Assembly (NCBI GenBank): GCA_027068435.1
Contig: JAMOTA010000016.1
Location: 15,228 to 79,227, forward strand
Source: Sulfurovum sp.
GTDB lineage: Bacteria; Campylobacterota; Campylobacteria; Campylobacterales; Sulfurovaceae
Reading direction: 5' to 3'
Length of the DNA: 64,000 bases
Shown here: positions 37,331 to 46,165 of the stretch, in pieces
Layout: each line of letters begins with the position of its first letter
How positions within the stretch are numbered: position 1 is the stretch's first letter
Notes under the pieces: generated by a model
The model's database searches: none
What the model was told of the DNA's origin: nothing
The model's input: the letters and a program-made list of their open reading frames with translations, nothing else
Program-made: the position numbers and the translations under genes

Positions 37331-37476
37331 TCTTAACACACTTTAAAGGGTCTCTCTTTTGAGAGATTCTTCTTCTCTTTTATCTTCTTTATATTTCTCT
37401 CTTTTTAAAAACCTATTTAACCTCATTATAATTGTGCTAAAATACTTATATGTATTACTTGTAAGGAACCAAAACT

Positions 37477-38037
37477 ATGAAATATATCATACTACTCTTC
37501 GCTCTTTTTCTCTCAGGGTGTGGACTTACTCCTGATGCCTCTAAAGATTATTACAATTTAACAGAGTGTAAAGAGGAGATGCTTAATGCAAAAGACTATA
37601 GTGAAGATGCAGGTATAGACCGTATTTTAGTAGTAAAAAAAGACCGTAAAATGTATCTCTATAGAGAAAAAAGTCTAGTAAGTGTTATCCCTATATCTTT
37701 AGGTAAAAACCCTATAGGAGATAAAGTACAAAAAGGGGATAACCGTACACCAGAGGGGGAGTTTTTTATTCACAGAAAGCTCTGCTCTCCGAAGTACTAC
37801 CGTTCACTTTGTATCTCTTATCCTAATGAAGAAGATAAAGTAAAAGCACGAAGAAGAGGGGTAAACCCTGGAGGAGATATTACCATACATGCACAACCAA
37901 AATGGAATGCAGATGGTAAAGGTAACGACTATACACTATCAAAAAACTGGACACAAGGTTGTGTTGCAGTGACAAATGAAGCAATGAATAAATTATGGTA
38001 CGCAGTACGTGAAGGTGTACCTATTACCATACGATAA
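37477..38037 (+). CDS. YkuD/L,D-transpeptidase-family lipoprotein (copy 1)
   Basis: Lipobox LSGC; GDNRTPEG; ITIH...WTQGCVAV catalytic His/Cys. Confidence 0.88.
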   Translation: MKYIILLFALFLSGCGLTPDASKDYYNLTECKEEMLNAKDYSEDAGIDRILVVKKDRKMYLYREKSLVSVIPISLGKNPIGDKVQKGDNRTPEGEFFIHRKLCSPKYYRSLCISYPNEEDKVKARRRGVNPGGDITIHAQPKWNADGKGNDYTLSKNWTQGCVAVTNEAMNKLWYAVREGVPITIR

Positions 38038-38434
38038 AGGGGTTATAATTAGATATACACAAAAACAGATAGATAAGTTTAATCGTCAAAAATATATTAC
38101 AGAGTTGGAAAAAATAAGTAAAAACCTTTTTCGTATGTTTAGAGATGTAAATATATCTGCTCAAAAATTTATGGTAAAATTTGAAGAACTCAAAAAGAAT
38201 TTTGATAAAAGAGTGGTAGTCCATCTTGATTCAGAGTATCATCAACAGCTTAAAGATTATATAGTGAGACTTTATTTGCAGACATGTTTAGCAGAAGAGT
38301 TTTCCGATAAAGATTTCAACGATATAAGAGAGTTAGAGATGAGTAACTTAAACCGTCTGCAAAAACTCAAAAATTCGGCATCTTATAAAAAAGATAAACA
38401 TAAATCTAAACACCAAGATACAGATTGGGGTTGA
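38009..38434 (+). CDS. Hypothetical protein (start uncertain)
   Basis: 141-aa ORF fills the gap between the two YkuD genes. A TATAAT at 38044-38049 suggests a later start. Confidence 0.55.
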   Translation: MKVYLLPYDKGVIIRYTQKQIDKFNRQKYITELEKISKNLFRMFRDVNISAQKFMVKFEELKKNFDKRVVVHLDSEYHQQLKDYIVRLYLQTCLAEEFSDKDFNDIRELEMSNLNRLQKLKNSASYKKDKHKSKHQDTDWG

Positions 38435-38459
38435 TTATAAAATTAAAAAGGAAAAAGAG

Positions 38460-39056
38460 ATGAAAATAGCTTTAGGATTAGTAAGTTTAGCACTTGTATG
38501 GTTTAGTACAGGATGTAAAGAACAACCCACAGCGTATGGCACAGTAGATCATACCCCTTATGCAACAAAAACATGTATTAATGAACTATCAAGAGGTGCA
38601 GAGATTGACTATAGTAATACAATAGATAATATTGTTGTCTATAAATCAAAAAGAAAACTTTATACCTATAAAGATGGAAAGCTAGTTGACGAGTTTCGCA
38701 TTTCTTTAGGGGCAAATGGTGGTGCAAATGGTGGTAATAAAGTTAAAGTAGGAGACTACAGAACACCAGAGGGTAGTTATAGTATAGTCAGAAAAAAATG
38801 TGATTCAAGACTCTACAAGTCACTTATGATCTCTTACCCTAGTGAAGCAGATAAAGCAAAAGCACGAAAAAGAGGGGTAAGTCCTGGAGGGTATATTACT
38901 ATTCATGGACAACCAAAATGGAATGCCGATGGAAGAGGTGATAACTTTACACTTACTAAAGATTGGACAGAAGGGTGTGTAGCCGTCGCTAACTCAACGA
39001 TGGATAAACTCTGGAGTGCTGTTCAAAGAGGTGTGAAAGTAGAAATACATCCATAA
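38460..39056 (+). CDS. YkuD/L,D-transpeptidase-family lipoprotein (copy 2)
   Basis: Lipobox STGC; GDYRTPEG; ITIH...WTEGCVAV. Confidence 0.88.
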   Translation: MKIALGLVSLALVWFSTGCKEQPTAYGTVDHTPYATKTCINELSRGAEIDYSNTIDNIVVYKSKRKLYTYKDGKLVDEFRISLGANGGANGGNKVKVGDYRTPEGSYSIVRKKCDSRLYKSLMISYPSEADKAKARKRGVSPGGYITIHGQPKWNADGRGDNFTLTKDWTEGCVAVANSTMDKLWSAVQRGVKVEIHP

Positions 39057-39100
39057 TCAATAGCATTATTTAGCTAAATATGATAAAGGTTATATTATCA

Positions 39101-39130
39101 TATTGAATAATATTGAATAATATTGAATTT
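39101..39130 (+). repeat. 10-bp tandem repeat x3
   Basis: TATTGAATAA TATTGAATAA TATTGAATTT, just upstream of the RBS of the DUF1566 gene. Confidence 0.85.
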
Positions 39131-39144
39131 TATAAAGGATAAAT

Positions 39145-39648
39145 ATGAAAAAATTACTATTAGTCTCTTGGATGGTTTTATCATCAGTACTACTTATAGC
39201 AGGAGGAGATGTATCAGAAAAGCTTCCTACTGTAGCTAAAGTACCCAATAAAGTGTGTAATACAGATACAGTATATGTAGAGAAAGATGCACACCTTATG
39301 TGGCAAGATGCACGTTATGGAGATATTGAAGATGCTGCATATAAAAGAGAACATACTGCAAAAAAAGCAGGAACTCACAGTTATGCAAAAGGGTATTGTC
39401 AAAGATTGAACTATAATGGATATGCAGATTGGAGACTTCCTAATTCCGATGAGTTATTGAATGTACATAGAAAATTTGGACAAGTATTTACACACTTTAG
39501 AGAGGGTGACTTTTGGACATCTACTCCTGCAGAATCTGGAAAATACTATGTAGTTTTTCCTGCAGATGCTTACCGTTATAGACGTAACCCAAAACAATCA
39601 AACTACATTAGGTGTGTGCGTTGTTTAGATAAAGAGGAAACAAAGTAG
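39145..39648 (+). CDS. Exported DUF1566 (Lcl C-terminal-like) protein
   Basis: Signal peptide; LMWQD...C..L...GY.DWRLP...EL...FWTST...IRCVR. Confidence 0.85.
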   Translation: MKKLLLVSWMVLSSVLLIAGGDVSEKLPTVAKVPNKVCNTDTVYVEKDAHLMWQDARYGDIEDAAYKREHTAKKAGTHSYAKGYCQRLNYNGYADWRLPNSDELLNVHRKFGQVFTHFREGDFWTSTPAESGKYYVVFPADAYRYRRNPKQSNYIRCVRCLDKEETK

Positions 39649-39667
39649 TTAACTTTCTCTCTTTAGA

Positions 39668-40444
39668 TTAGAGGAGTTTAATCTCCTCTTTCATCTCTAT
39701 GTTATACGCGTTTAAAATCTTCTCTTTCGTAAGGTCTATAAGATACTTCGCATCAGCAAATGAACCTTCTCCTAGATTTACTAAAAAATTAGCATGAACT
39801 TCACTCCACTGCATATCGCCTTTTCTAAATCCTTTTAGTCCTACAGCTTCTATAAGCCTACCTGCGTGGTCATCTGAGGGGTTTTTAAATGCAGAACCAG
39901 CACTTGGGTCTAAAGGTTGGTTGGCACGCAGATTTAACAGCTCTTCAAGAAGTGTTTGACTAAAGCCTTTGACTACTTCAAAACGTGCATGGGTTGCCAC
40001 ACCACCTAAAGAGGCAAAACGATACCCATGCTCGATATCTTCTTTTAAAATCCACTCTCCATCTATCTTAATAGAGTGTAAGATATTAAATATCTCATAA
40101 CTTTTAACTCCAGCATTCATCGCTAACATGCCACCCATAGTCCCTGGTAGTTTTGCACAAAATTCAAACCCTGCGATGTCATGCTTTCTAGCATAAGAGA
40201 CAATACGCCCAGTAGACATAGCACAACCCACAGTAAGCATCTCTTTTTCTTGCATAATCGTAGCAAAGTCTTTAGAGAGCATCATGAGTAGAGGAGGGGT
40301 AGGAGAGACTAACAGATTATTAGCCCCACCAATCAAATATCTATCAGTAGGGATACTATCACCCCTCTCTAACATAAGCACCTCTGTAGGCTGTCCTACT
40401 TTGATACTTGAGTATTTTTGGAAGTTTATGGTTTTAAAAAACAT
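39668..40444 (-). CDS. murB: UDP-N-acetylmuramate dehydrogenase
   Basis: IGGANNLL, PGTMGGMLAMNAG, QPLDPSAGSAFKNP, HANFLVN. Confidence 0.96.
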   Translation of the reverse strand: MFFKTINFQKYSSIKVGQPTEVLMLERGDSIPTDRYLIGGANNLLVSPTPPLLMMLSKDFATIMQEKEMLTVGCAMSTGRIVSYARKHDIAGFEFCAKLPGTMGGMLAMNAGVKSYEIFNILHSIKIDGEWILKEDIEHGYRFASLGGVATHARFEVVKGFSQTLLEELLNLRANQPLDPSAGSAFKNPSDDHAGRLIEAVGLKGFRKGDMQWSEVHANFLVNLGEGSFADAKYLIDLTKEKILNAYNIEMKEEIKLL

Positions 40445-41311
40445 TTAACTATTCCTCAATCCTTCATACTCTGTAGGTATCAAATAATCTTCTGTTTTTA
40501 TAGGGGTTTCCCATAGTCCGTGTTTGAAGCCTATCTCGTAGAGGGTGTCTAGGGCTTTAAGTTGTAGGGGGGAGAGTTCTATGGATTCATCTGATGCATA
40601 CATATCAAGATACTTTTCAAGCATTTTATCTGAGATACGTACGAGGTTGTCTGCTTCGAGTTTGCTACAGAGTTCCTCTTTTCTTTCGTTGGCTACTTTA
40701 ACGGCATCTATGAGTATGTTTTCTATCTCTATCGCACGGTTAAGTGGTAGGCTTCTTCGTATAGCCATACCTCCAAGAGGAAGAGGAAGCCCCTCACCTG
40801 CTAGTTCAACCCAAATGTCCCACAGCTCTTTCTCTACCTCTAAGCTGTCGTCAAAGTCTAAAATAGACTCATGTATCAGTACTCCTGCATCTACTTTTCC
40901 ACTGACTACTGCCTCTTCTATCTCAAGAAAATCCATGTAAACAGGTCTTGCATCAGGATAGTAGATACGAAAAAGCATGGCATTGGTTGTGTATTGTCCA
41001 GAGAGTGCTACTTTAAAGTTACGTTTGAGTTTTTTCTCTTTACGGCGTATGAGTTTTGGACCATACCCCTCACCAAAGCTTACAGCTGTACGGAGCATGG
41101 CATACTCCTCTTTTATTAGTGGGTACATACCAAAACTAATAGCACTTACATCATAAGTACCTTTCATCGCTTCTACATTGAGGGTCTCAATATCTAGTCC
41201 AATGTTAGTAAATTCATAATCTTTCATATCGACCCAACCAAATTTAATGGCAAAGTACATAAAAATATCGTCGGCATCTGGGGAGTGGGCTAGTTGTATT
41301 GTTTTTGGCAT
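40445..41311 (-). CDS. mqnD: 1,4-dihydroxy-6-naphthoate synthase (futalosine pathway)
   Basis: Start reassigned to ATG 41311; AHSPDADDIFM, DIETLN, GEGYGP, GVLIHE, PLPLGG. Confidence 0.92.
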   Translation of the reverse strand: MPKTIQLAHSPDADDIFMYFAIKFGWVDMKDYEFTNIGLDIETLNVEAMKGTYDVSAISFGMYPLIKEEYAMLRTAVSFGEGYGPKLIRRKEKKLKRNFKVALSGQYTTNAMLFRIYYPDARPVYMDFLEIEEAVVSGKVDAGVLIHESILDFDDSLEVEKELWDIWVELAGEGLPLPLGGMAIRRSLPLNRAIEIENILIDAVKVANERKEELCSKLEADNLVRISDKMLEKYLDMYASDESIELSPLQLKALDTLYEIGFKHGLWETPIKTEDYLIPTEYEGLRNS

Positions 41312-41517
41312 AGAGACTCTCTTTGTTTTATAGTAAGTGTATTTTAGCATAAGGCAGTAAAAAAAAGAAATTTTATAAAAAATATAACAATTTGACATAT
41401 TTTTGCCTATTTCTTAAAAATTAGATTAAACTAGCAACATGATTAAATAAATAATGAAACTTATTCAATGTTTATTTAGATAAAATGACTCTAATATTAA
41501 GGTTTAAGGATATGACA

Positions 41518-42552
41518 ATGGCAATGGACGCAAACAAACAAAAAGCACTAGATATGGCGATCAAACAGATAGATAAAACGTTTGGTAAAGGTACACTAAT
41601 GAGACTAGGAGATAAGGCATTTGAACCTATAGAAGCTATCTCTACAGGTTCTTTAGGATTAGATATGGCACTAGGAATTGGTGGTATTCCAATAGGAAGG
41701 GTAATAGAAATATATGGTCCAGAATCTTCAGGTAAAACAACATTGGCACTGCAAACTATTGCTTCTGCACAAAAGGATGATATGGTTTGTGCTTTTATAG
41801 ATGCTGAACATGCTTTAGATGTAGTCTATGCTAAAAACTTAGGGGTTGATACAGACAACCTTTTAGTCTCTCAACCAGACTTTGGTGAACAAGCACTAGA
41901 TGTTCTTGAGACATTGACACGTTCTGGTGCAGTTGACTTAATTGTTGTTGATTCTGTTGCTGCGTTGACTCCAAAGTCTGAAATAGAAGGTGACATGGGC
42001 GATACACACGTAGGACTTCAAGCAAGACTTATGTCACAAGCACTTCGTAAACTAACAGCTATTTTACACAAAACGAACACTACTGTTATCTTTATTAACC
42101 AAATTCGTATGAAGATTGGTACTATGGGATATGGTTCTCCTGAGACAACAACAGGTGGTAATGCTTTGAAGTTTTACTGTTCTGTACGTATAGATGTAAG
42201 ACGTATTGCAACACTTAAACAAGGTGAATCAAGCATTGGTAACCGTGTAAAAGCTAAAGTTGTCAAAAACAAAGTTGCACCTCCATTTAGACAAGCAGAG
42301 TTTGACATTATGTTTGGTGAAGGTATCTCATTTGTTGGGGAACTGATAGACTACGGTGTCAAAATGGATATTGTTGACAAATCTGGTGCATGGTTCTCGT
42401 ATGGAGCTGAAAAGCTAGGTCAAGGTAAAGAGAATGCAAAAATAACCATAAAAGAGAACCCAGAGATGATGGCAGAGATAGAAGCCAAAATCAAAGAGGC
42501 TCTAGGTTACGGAGAGAGCTTAACTGTAGATGAAAAAGAGATGAAAGAGTAA
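41518..42552 (+). CDS. recA: Recombinase A
   Basis: [34 protein letters not shown]; start placed 7 nt after AAGGA. Confidence 0.99.
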   Translation: MAMDANKQKALDMAIKQIDKTFGKGTLMRLGDKAFEPIEAISTGSLGLDMALGIGGIPIGRVIEIYGPESSGKTTLALQTIASAQKDDMVCAFIDAEHALDVVYAKNLGVDTDNLLVSQPDFGEQALDVLETLTRSGAVDLIVVDSVAALTPKSEIEGDMGDTHVGLQARLMSQALRKLTAILHKTNTTVIFINQIRMKIGTMGYGSPETTTGGNALKFYCSVRIDVRRIATLKQGESSIGNRVKAKVVKNKVAPPFRQAEFDIMFGEGISFVGELIDYGVKMDIVDKSGAWFSYGAEKLGQGKENAKITIKENPEMMAEIEAKIKEALGYGESLTVDEKEMKE

Positions 42553-42574
42553 AAATTATCCAATACATACTTAA

Positions 42575-42745
42575 AGTGTAAATCAATACTCTACACTTCA
42601 AGAGAAGCTAAAAACGTTAAACCTAAATCCACTTTTTGTACCAAGTGAGTACTTCAAAGTAGAAGAGATACCTAAACTTGGTACAGGAAAAGCAGACTTT
42701 AAAGGCTACAAACTCTTAGCTCAAGCGTTGAGTCATAAAGGCTAA
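42575..42745 (+). pseudogene. 3'-terminal remnant of an Aas-like acyl-ACP synthetase/acyltransferase (AMP-binding C-terminus)
   Basis: Translates as ...LQEKLKTLNLNPLFVPSEYFKVEEIPKLGTGKADFKGYKLLAQALSHKG*. An in-frame TAA lies at 42572-42574 and there is no ATG. IPKLGTGK.D is the A10 motif of ANL enzymes. Confidence 0.75.
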
Positions 42746-43827
42746 AAAATGGTAGGTTGTATCTTCTCGTTATTGACACCACCCTCTTGGTTTACTTGAA
42801 GTACCGTACTCCATAGCTTTGTGGCTATGGTTTGGTAACGTTTAGAGGTTTCACAGTTAGGGGCTAAAACAGTGATGGGAAGACCACTATCTCCACCCTC
42901 TCTAATAGCAGGTTCTATGGGGATGTACCCAAGAACTTTAGTTTGGTAGTTATCGGCTAAGGGTTGGGTTGTCCCTTTTCCAAAGATGTCATACTCTTTC
43001 CCACTCTCAGGACAGATAAACCCACTCATATTTTCTACGATACCTGCTATGGGTACATGAAGTTGTTTAAACATATCCATACTTCGTATCGTGTCGTCTA
43101 GGGCTACTTTTTGAGGTGTGGTTACACAGACTCCTGCAGTCACAGGTAAGCTTTGTGCTAGTGTCAACTGTGCATCTCCTGTTCCTGGAGGCATATCAAA
43201 GAGTAGAACATCAAGTTTGTCCCACAAGATATCTTCTAACATCTGTTCTATGGCTTGGGTAACCATAGCCCCTTTCCAGATGAGTGAAGCTCCTCTCTCA
43301 ACGAGTGAACCTATAGACATTACTTGTACATTATGAGCCATAATAGGTTTAATGTTTTTACCTAAAAAGATAGGTTGTTCCCCTTCTATCCCCATCATAC
43401 GTGGAATATTTGGTCCATAAATATCAAGATCAAGTACACCTACTCTTTTACCTTGTTGGGCAAGGGCTATGGCAAGGTTTACCGTTGTAGTTGACTTCCC
43501 TACGCCTCCTTTACCAGAACTTACCATGACAAAGTTTTGTATGTTTGGTAGTACATTTTTACCATGAGAACTTGTCTCTCTAGGTAAACTAGGTTTGTTA
43601 ACCGTGACTACTATCTCAACCTCTTCTAGTACAGAGATACGTTTCACTATCTCATCACGAAGTTGATTCTCTATGGTCGGTGAAGAGGAGGGGATATCTA
43701 GTTCAATGTTTATGAGATGTTCTTTTATCTCTAACTCTTTTACAAAACCAAACTCTATAATGTTCTTTTGAAAACCTGGATAGATAACCAGTTTGAGCTT
43801 TTCTTCAATATCTGTTTTTTTTAACAT
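42742..43827 (-). CDS. mrp: Mrp/NBP35 (ApbC) Fe-S carrier ATPase
   Basis: SGKGGVGKST, DLDIYGPN, DMPPGTGDAQL, ENMSGFICP. Confidence 0.93.
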   Translation of the reverse strand: MLKKTDIEEKLKLVIYPGFQKNIIEFGFVKELEIKEHLINIELDIPSSSPTIENQLRDEIVKRISVLEEVEIVVTVNKPSLPRETSSHGKNVLPNIQNFVMVSSGKGGVGKSTTTVNLAIALAQQGKRVGVLDLDIYGPNIPRMMGIEGEQPIFLGKNIKPIMAHNVQVMSIGSLVERGASLIWKGAMVTQAIEQMLEDILWDKLDVLLFDMPPGTGDAQLTLAQSLPVTAGVCVTTPQKVALDDTIRSMDMFKQLHVPIAGIVENMSGFICPESGKEYDIFGKGTTQPLADNYQTKVLGYIPIEPAIREGGDSGLPITVLAPNCETSKRYQTIATKLWSTVLQVNQEGGVNNEKIQPTIF

Positions 43828-43950
43828 GGAGTGCAACCTTTTTAGTTAAGTAAGTATTATATCTATACTAAGTAGAAATTTTAGATATATTTTGGGAATT
43901 ATTGTTATTATTTTGCTATGATTGTGCCATATTTTACAAGGAAATCAATT

Positions 43951-44172
43951 ATGAAAAAAGAACTTTCAATATTTACAGGTTTATTTCTATTTTTAGCTAT
44001 AGGAATGCATTTTAAAGAGTGGATGAGCCACCCCATAGAACATGCCATGGCACTACCATCAGCAGGAGCCTACGGCATAGGAGCCTTCCACCCACTCGTT
44101 TTTACTTTAGCGTTATATCTTCTACTAGCACTAGGTCGTGGAGTAGGGAAGTTGTTTAGTAGAGGGAAGTAG
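43951..44172 (+). CDS. Small two-TM hypothetical protein
   Basis: ATG after AAGGA; two hydrophobic helices. Confidence 0.65.
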   Translation: MKKELSIFTGLFLFLAIGMHFKEWMSHPIEHAMALPSAGAYGIGAFHPLVFTLALYLLLALGRGVGKLFSRGK

Positions 44173-44883
44173 GGAAAACTTTTCAAAACCATAATAATCC
44201 AAAAGCATAAGAGGAAAAGCACTTAATACAGCTACTTTCTCCTCTTGGTCTATATATTTCTCTTTTTGATGCTCAAAAATAGTCAATTGTTCAATAAAAT
44301 CTGTGGGAAATTCAAATTTACTATTGACTATAAAATTTGCTTTTTTAGAGTGTTGAATAATTAAAGTTTTCCATATATCTTTTGTATAATTGATAGGATG
44401 CTTATATATTTCATCACAGTTTAGAGATACAAGGTTTTTATATTTTCCTTCTGAAATAGCACAAGTATCTCTAAAATTTACACTATCTTTGATATGTTTA
44501 AGTGCTTCTCCCATAGGGTAGCTAATATACAATAGTCCTTGCTCTGTTTCATTATCAAATAGAGTCAACATCTCTTGAAGTTTTTGACTACTCTGCTTAT
44601 TGGCATGACCATCATAATCAAAGATTAGATAGATTCTAGCAATATTATCTCTGTTTAAAGCATCATCTATTTTCCCTTCTTCTTTGAGAAGTTCAAAAAA
44701 TTCTAAATACTCATTTTCATGAATCTTTTTTGCTAAATGATAGATATTATTACAGTAGGATATACTTATCTGCTCATTCTCTTTTTCATTCAAAAAATAT
44801 TTTCTCAAACTATTAAATATTTGAGGTTCAGTCTTCTCTCCCTCAAAAACAAATAGATTATATGTCTGCTTATTCAAATGCAC
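44131..44883 (-). CDS. RloB-like/TOPRIM-fold putative nuclease
   Basis: FVFEGEKTEP (conserved Glu) and LIFDYDGH (DxD); overlaps the ATPase gene. Confidence 0.65.
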   Translation of the reverse strand: MHLNKQTYNLFVFEGEKTEPQIFNSLRKYFLNEKENEQISISYCNNIYHLAKKIHENEYLEFFELLKEEGKIDDALNRDNIARIYLIFDYDGHANKQSSQKLQEMLTLFDNETEQGLLYISYPMGEALKHIKDSVNFRDTCAISEGKYKNLVSLNCDEIYKHPINYTKDIWKTLIIQHSKKANFIVNSKFEFPTDFIEQLTIFEHQKEKYIDQEEKVAVLSAFPLMLLDYYGFEKFSLLPSTKQLPYSTT

Positions 44884-45979
44884 CTGCTCTATACATTTTT
44901 TCTATATTGTGTGCTTTTCTCAACTCTTGTGCTGTGCTTCTTGAGAGAGACTGTATCTTGTTAGGGTGCATCAAAAAATAACAATCAGGACGAAGTAAAT
45001 CATTTGATATATTTGATGTATTATGTGTGGTCAATATAATTTGAGTATCGGTTATCTTTTTTAACATTTTAATGACTAGCCTTGACAAATCATGGTGGTA
45101 AAAAGCGTCAAATTCGTCTATAAATACAAATGAAGCTTTTTTCTCTTGTATTTTCAGATACCAAAAGTAAAACATTTTTAAAGCATTTGTACCCGATGAA
45201 GCTATATTTTTAAATTCTATCTCTTTATTTTTATAGATAAAAAAGATATATTCTTTACCTTCAATCTCTTTACTTTTTAATTTACATTGAACGCCAATAC
45301 CATTTAATATTTTTTCAAAATCATTCAATTTATCTCTTTTAACAATATAATCATCAACCAATTGTGTTCCCTGTTCATATCCAATATAAATATTTTCATC
45401 CAATGTTTTAGATAGCAACATATTTTTAATAAAGATAATAAAAGTATTAAAAGTTTTGTTTATAAGATTTTCATTTAAAATACTATTTTTGTCAACATAA
45501 GATACAATAGATATATTGGAGTTACCAACATCTGTTTTAAGCGTTTCAGTACCTTCCATTTCAACTCTGAATTTTGTACTTTTTTCTCTATCAATAGATA
45601 AAACTTCTTTATTATCTATAGTCAATTTTTCACTTATTAAAGTCTGATAATCTTTTTTACTATATTCATAAATAACTTCTATATCATTCAGTAAAAATGT
45701 AAACCTAAAAGAGGCTTTATCTTCATTACTATCAGCATTCAGATAGTTTGTATATTTACTTTTCATAAAAAAATTATCTGTAAGGTGTGAGATTATATCA
45801 AAAATAGCAAATCCTAAATTAGATTTTCCACAACCATTTTGACCATAAATCAGTGCTTTATTTACAATCCCATTTTTTACAGACTCTTGGTTAAATTCAA
45901 AATTACCAATATCACTTAAATCAAAAGTGAATGTTTCATTAAAATTCTTAAAATTGGTTATTTCAATTTTTGTTAACAT
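44870..45979 (-). CDS. ABC/AAA_21-type ATPase (RloA/AriA/AbiEii-like)
   Basis: Walker A GQNGCGKS, degenerate signature ASSGT, Walker B FIDEFD, H-loop TTH. Confidence 0.82.
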   Translation of the reverse strand: MLTKIEITNFKNFNETFTFDLSDIGNFEFNQESVKNGIVNKALIYGQNGCGKSNLGFAIFDIISHLTDNFFMKSKYTNYLNADSNEDKASFRFTFLLNDIEVIYEYSKKDYQTLISEKLTIDNKEVLSIDREKSTKFRVEMEGTETLKTDVGNSNISIVSYVDKNSILNENLINKTFNTFIIFIKNMLLSKTLDENIYIGYEQGTQLVDDYIVKRDKLNDFEKILNGIGVQCKLKSKEIEGKEYIFFIYKNKEIEFKNIASSGTNALKMFYFWYLKIQEKKASFVFIDEFDAFYHHDLSRLVIKMLKKITDTQIILTTHNTSNISNDLLRPDCYFLMHPNKIQSLSRSTAQELRKAHNIEKMYRAGAFE

Positions 45980-46165
45980 TTTAAATATACTCTTTCTTTT
46001 TAATTTATTTTAACATATTTAAATTATATATCCATTATGAAGAAGTTGATGTGCTAACACTTATTCAAACAGGGAAGTTTAAAGATTCCCCGTCAAAATA
46101 AAAAGTATGCGATATACAATAATCAGTTATACTATCAATAATAAATTTTAAACATAAGTAGCAAG

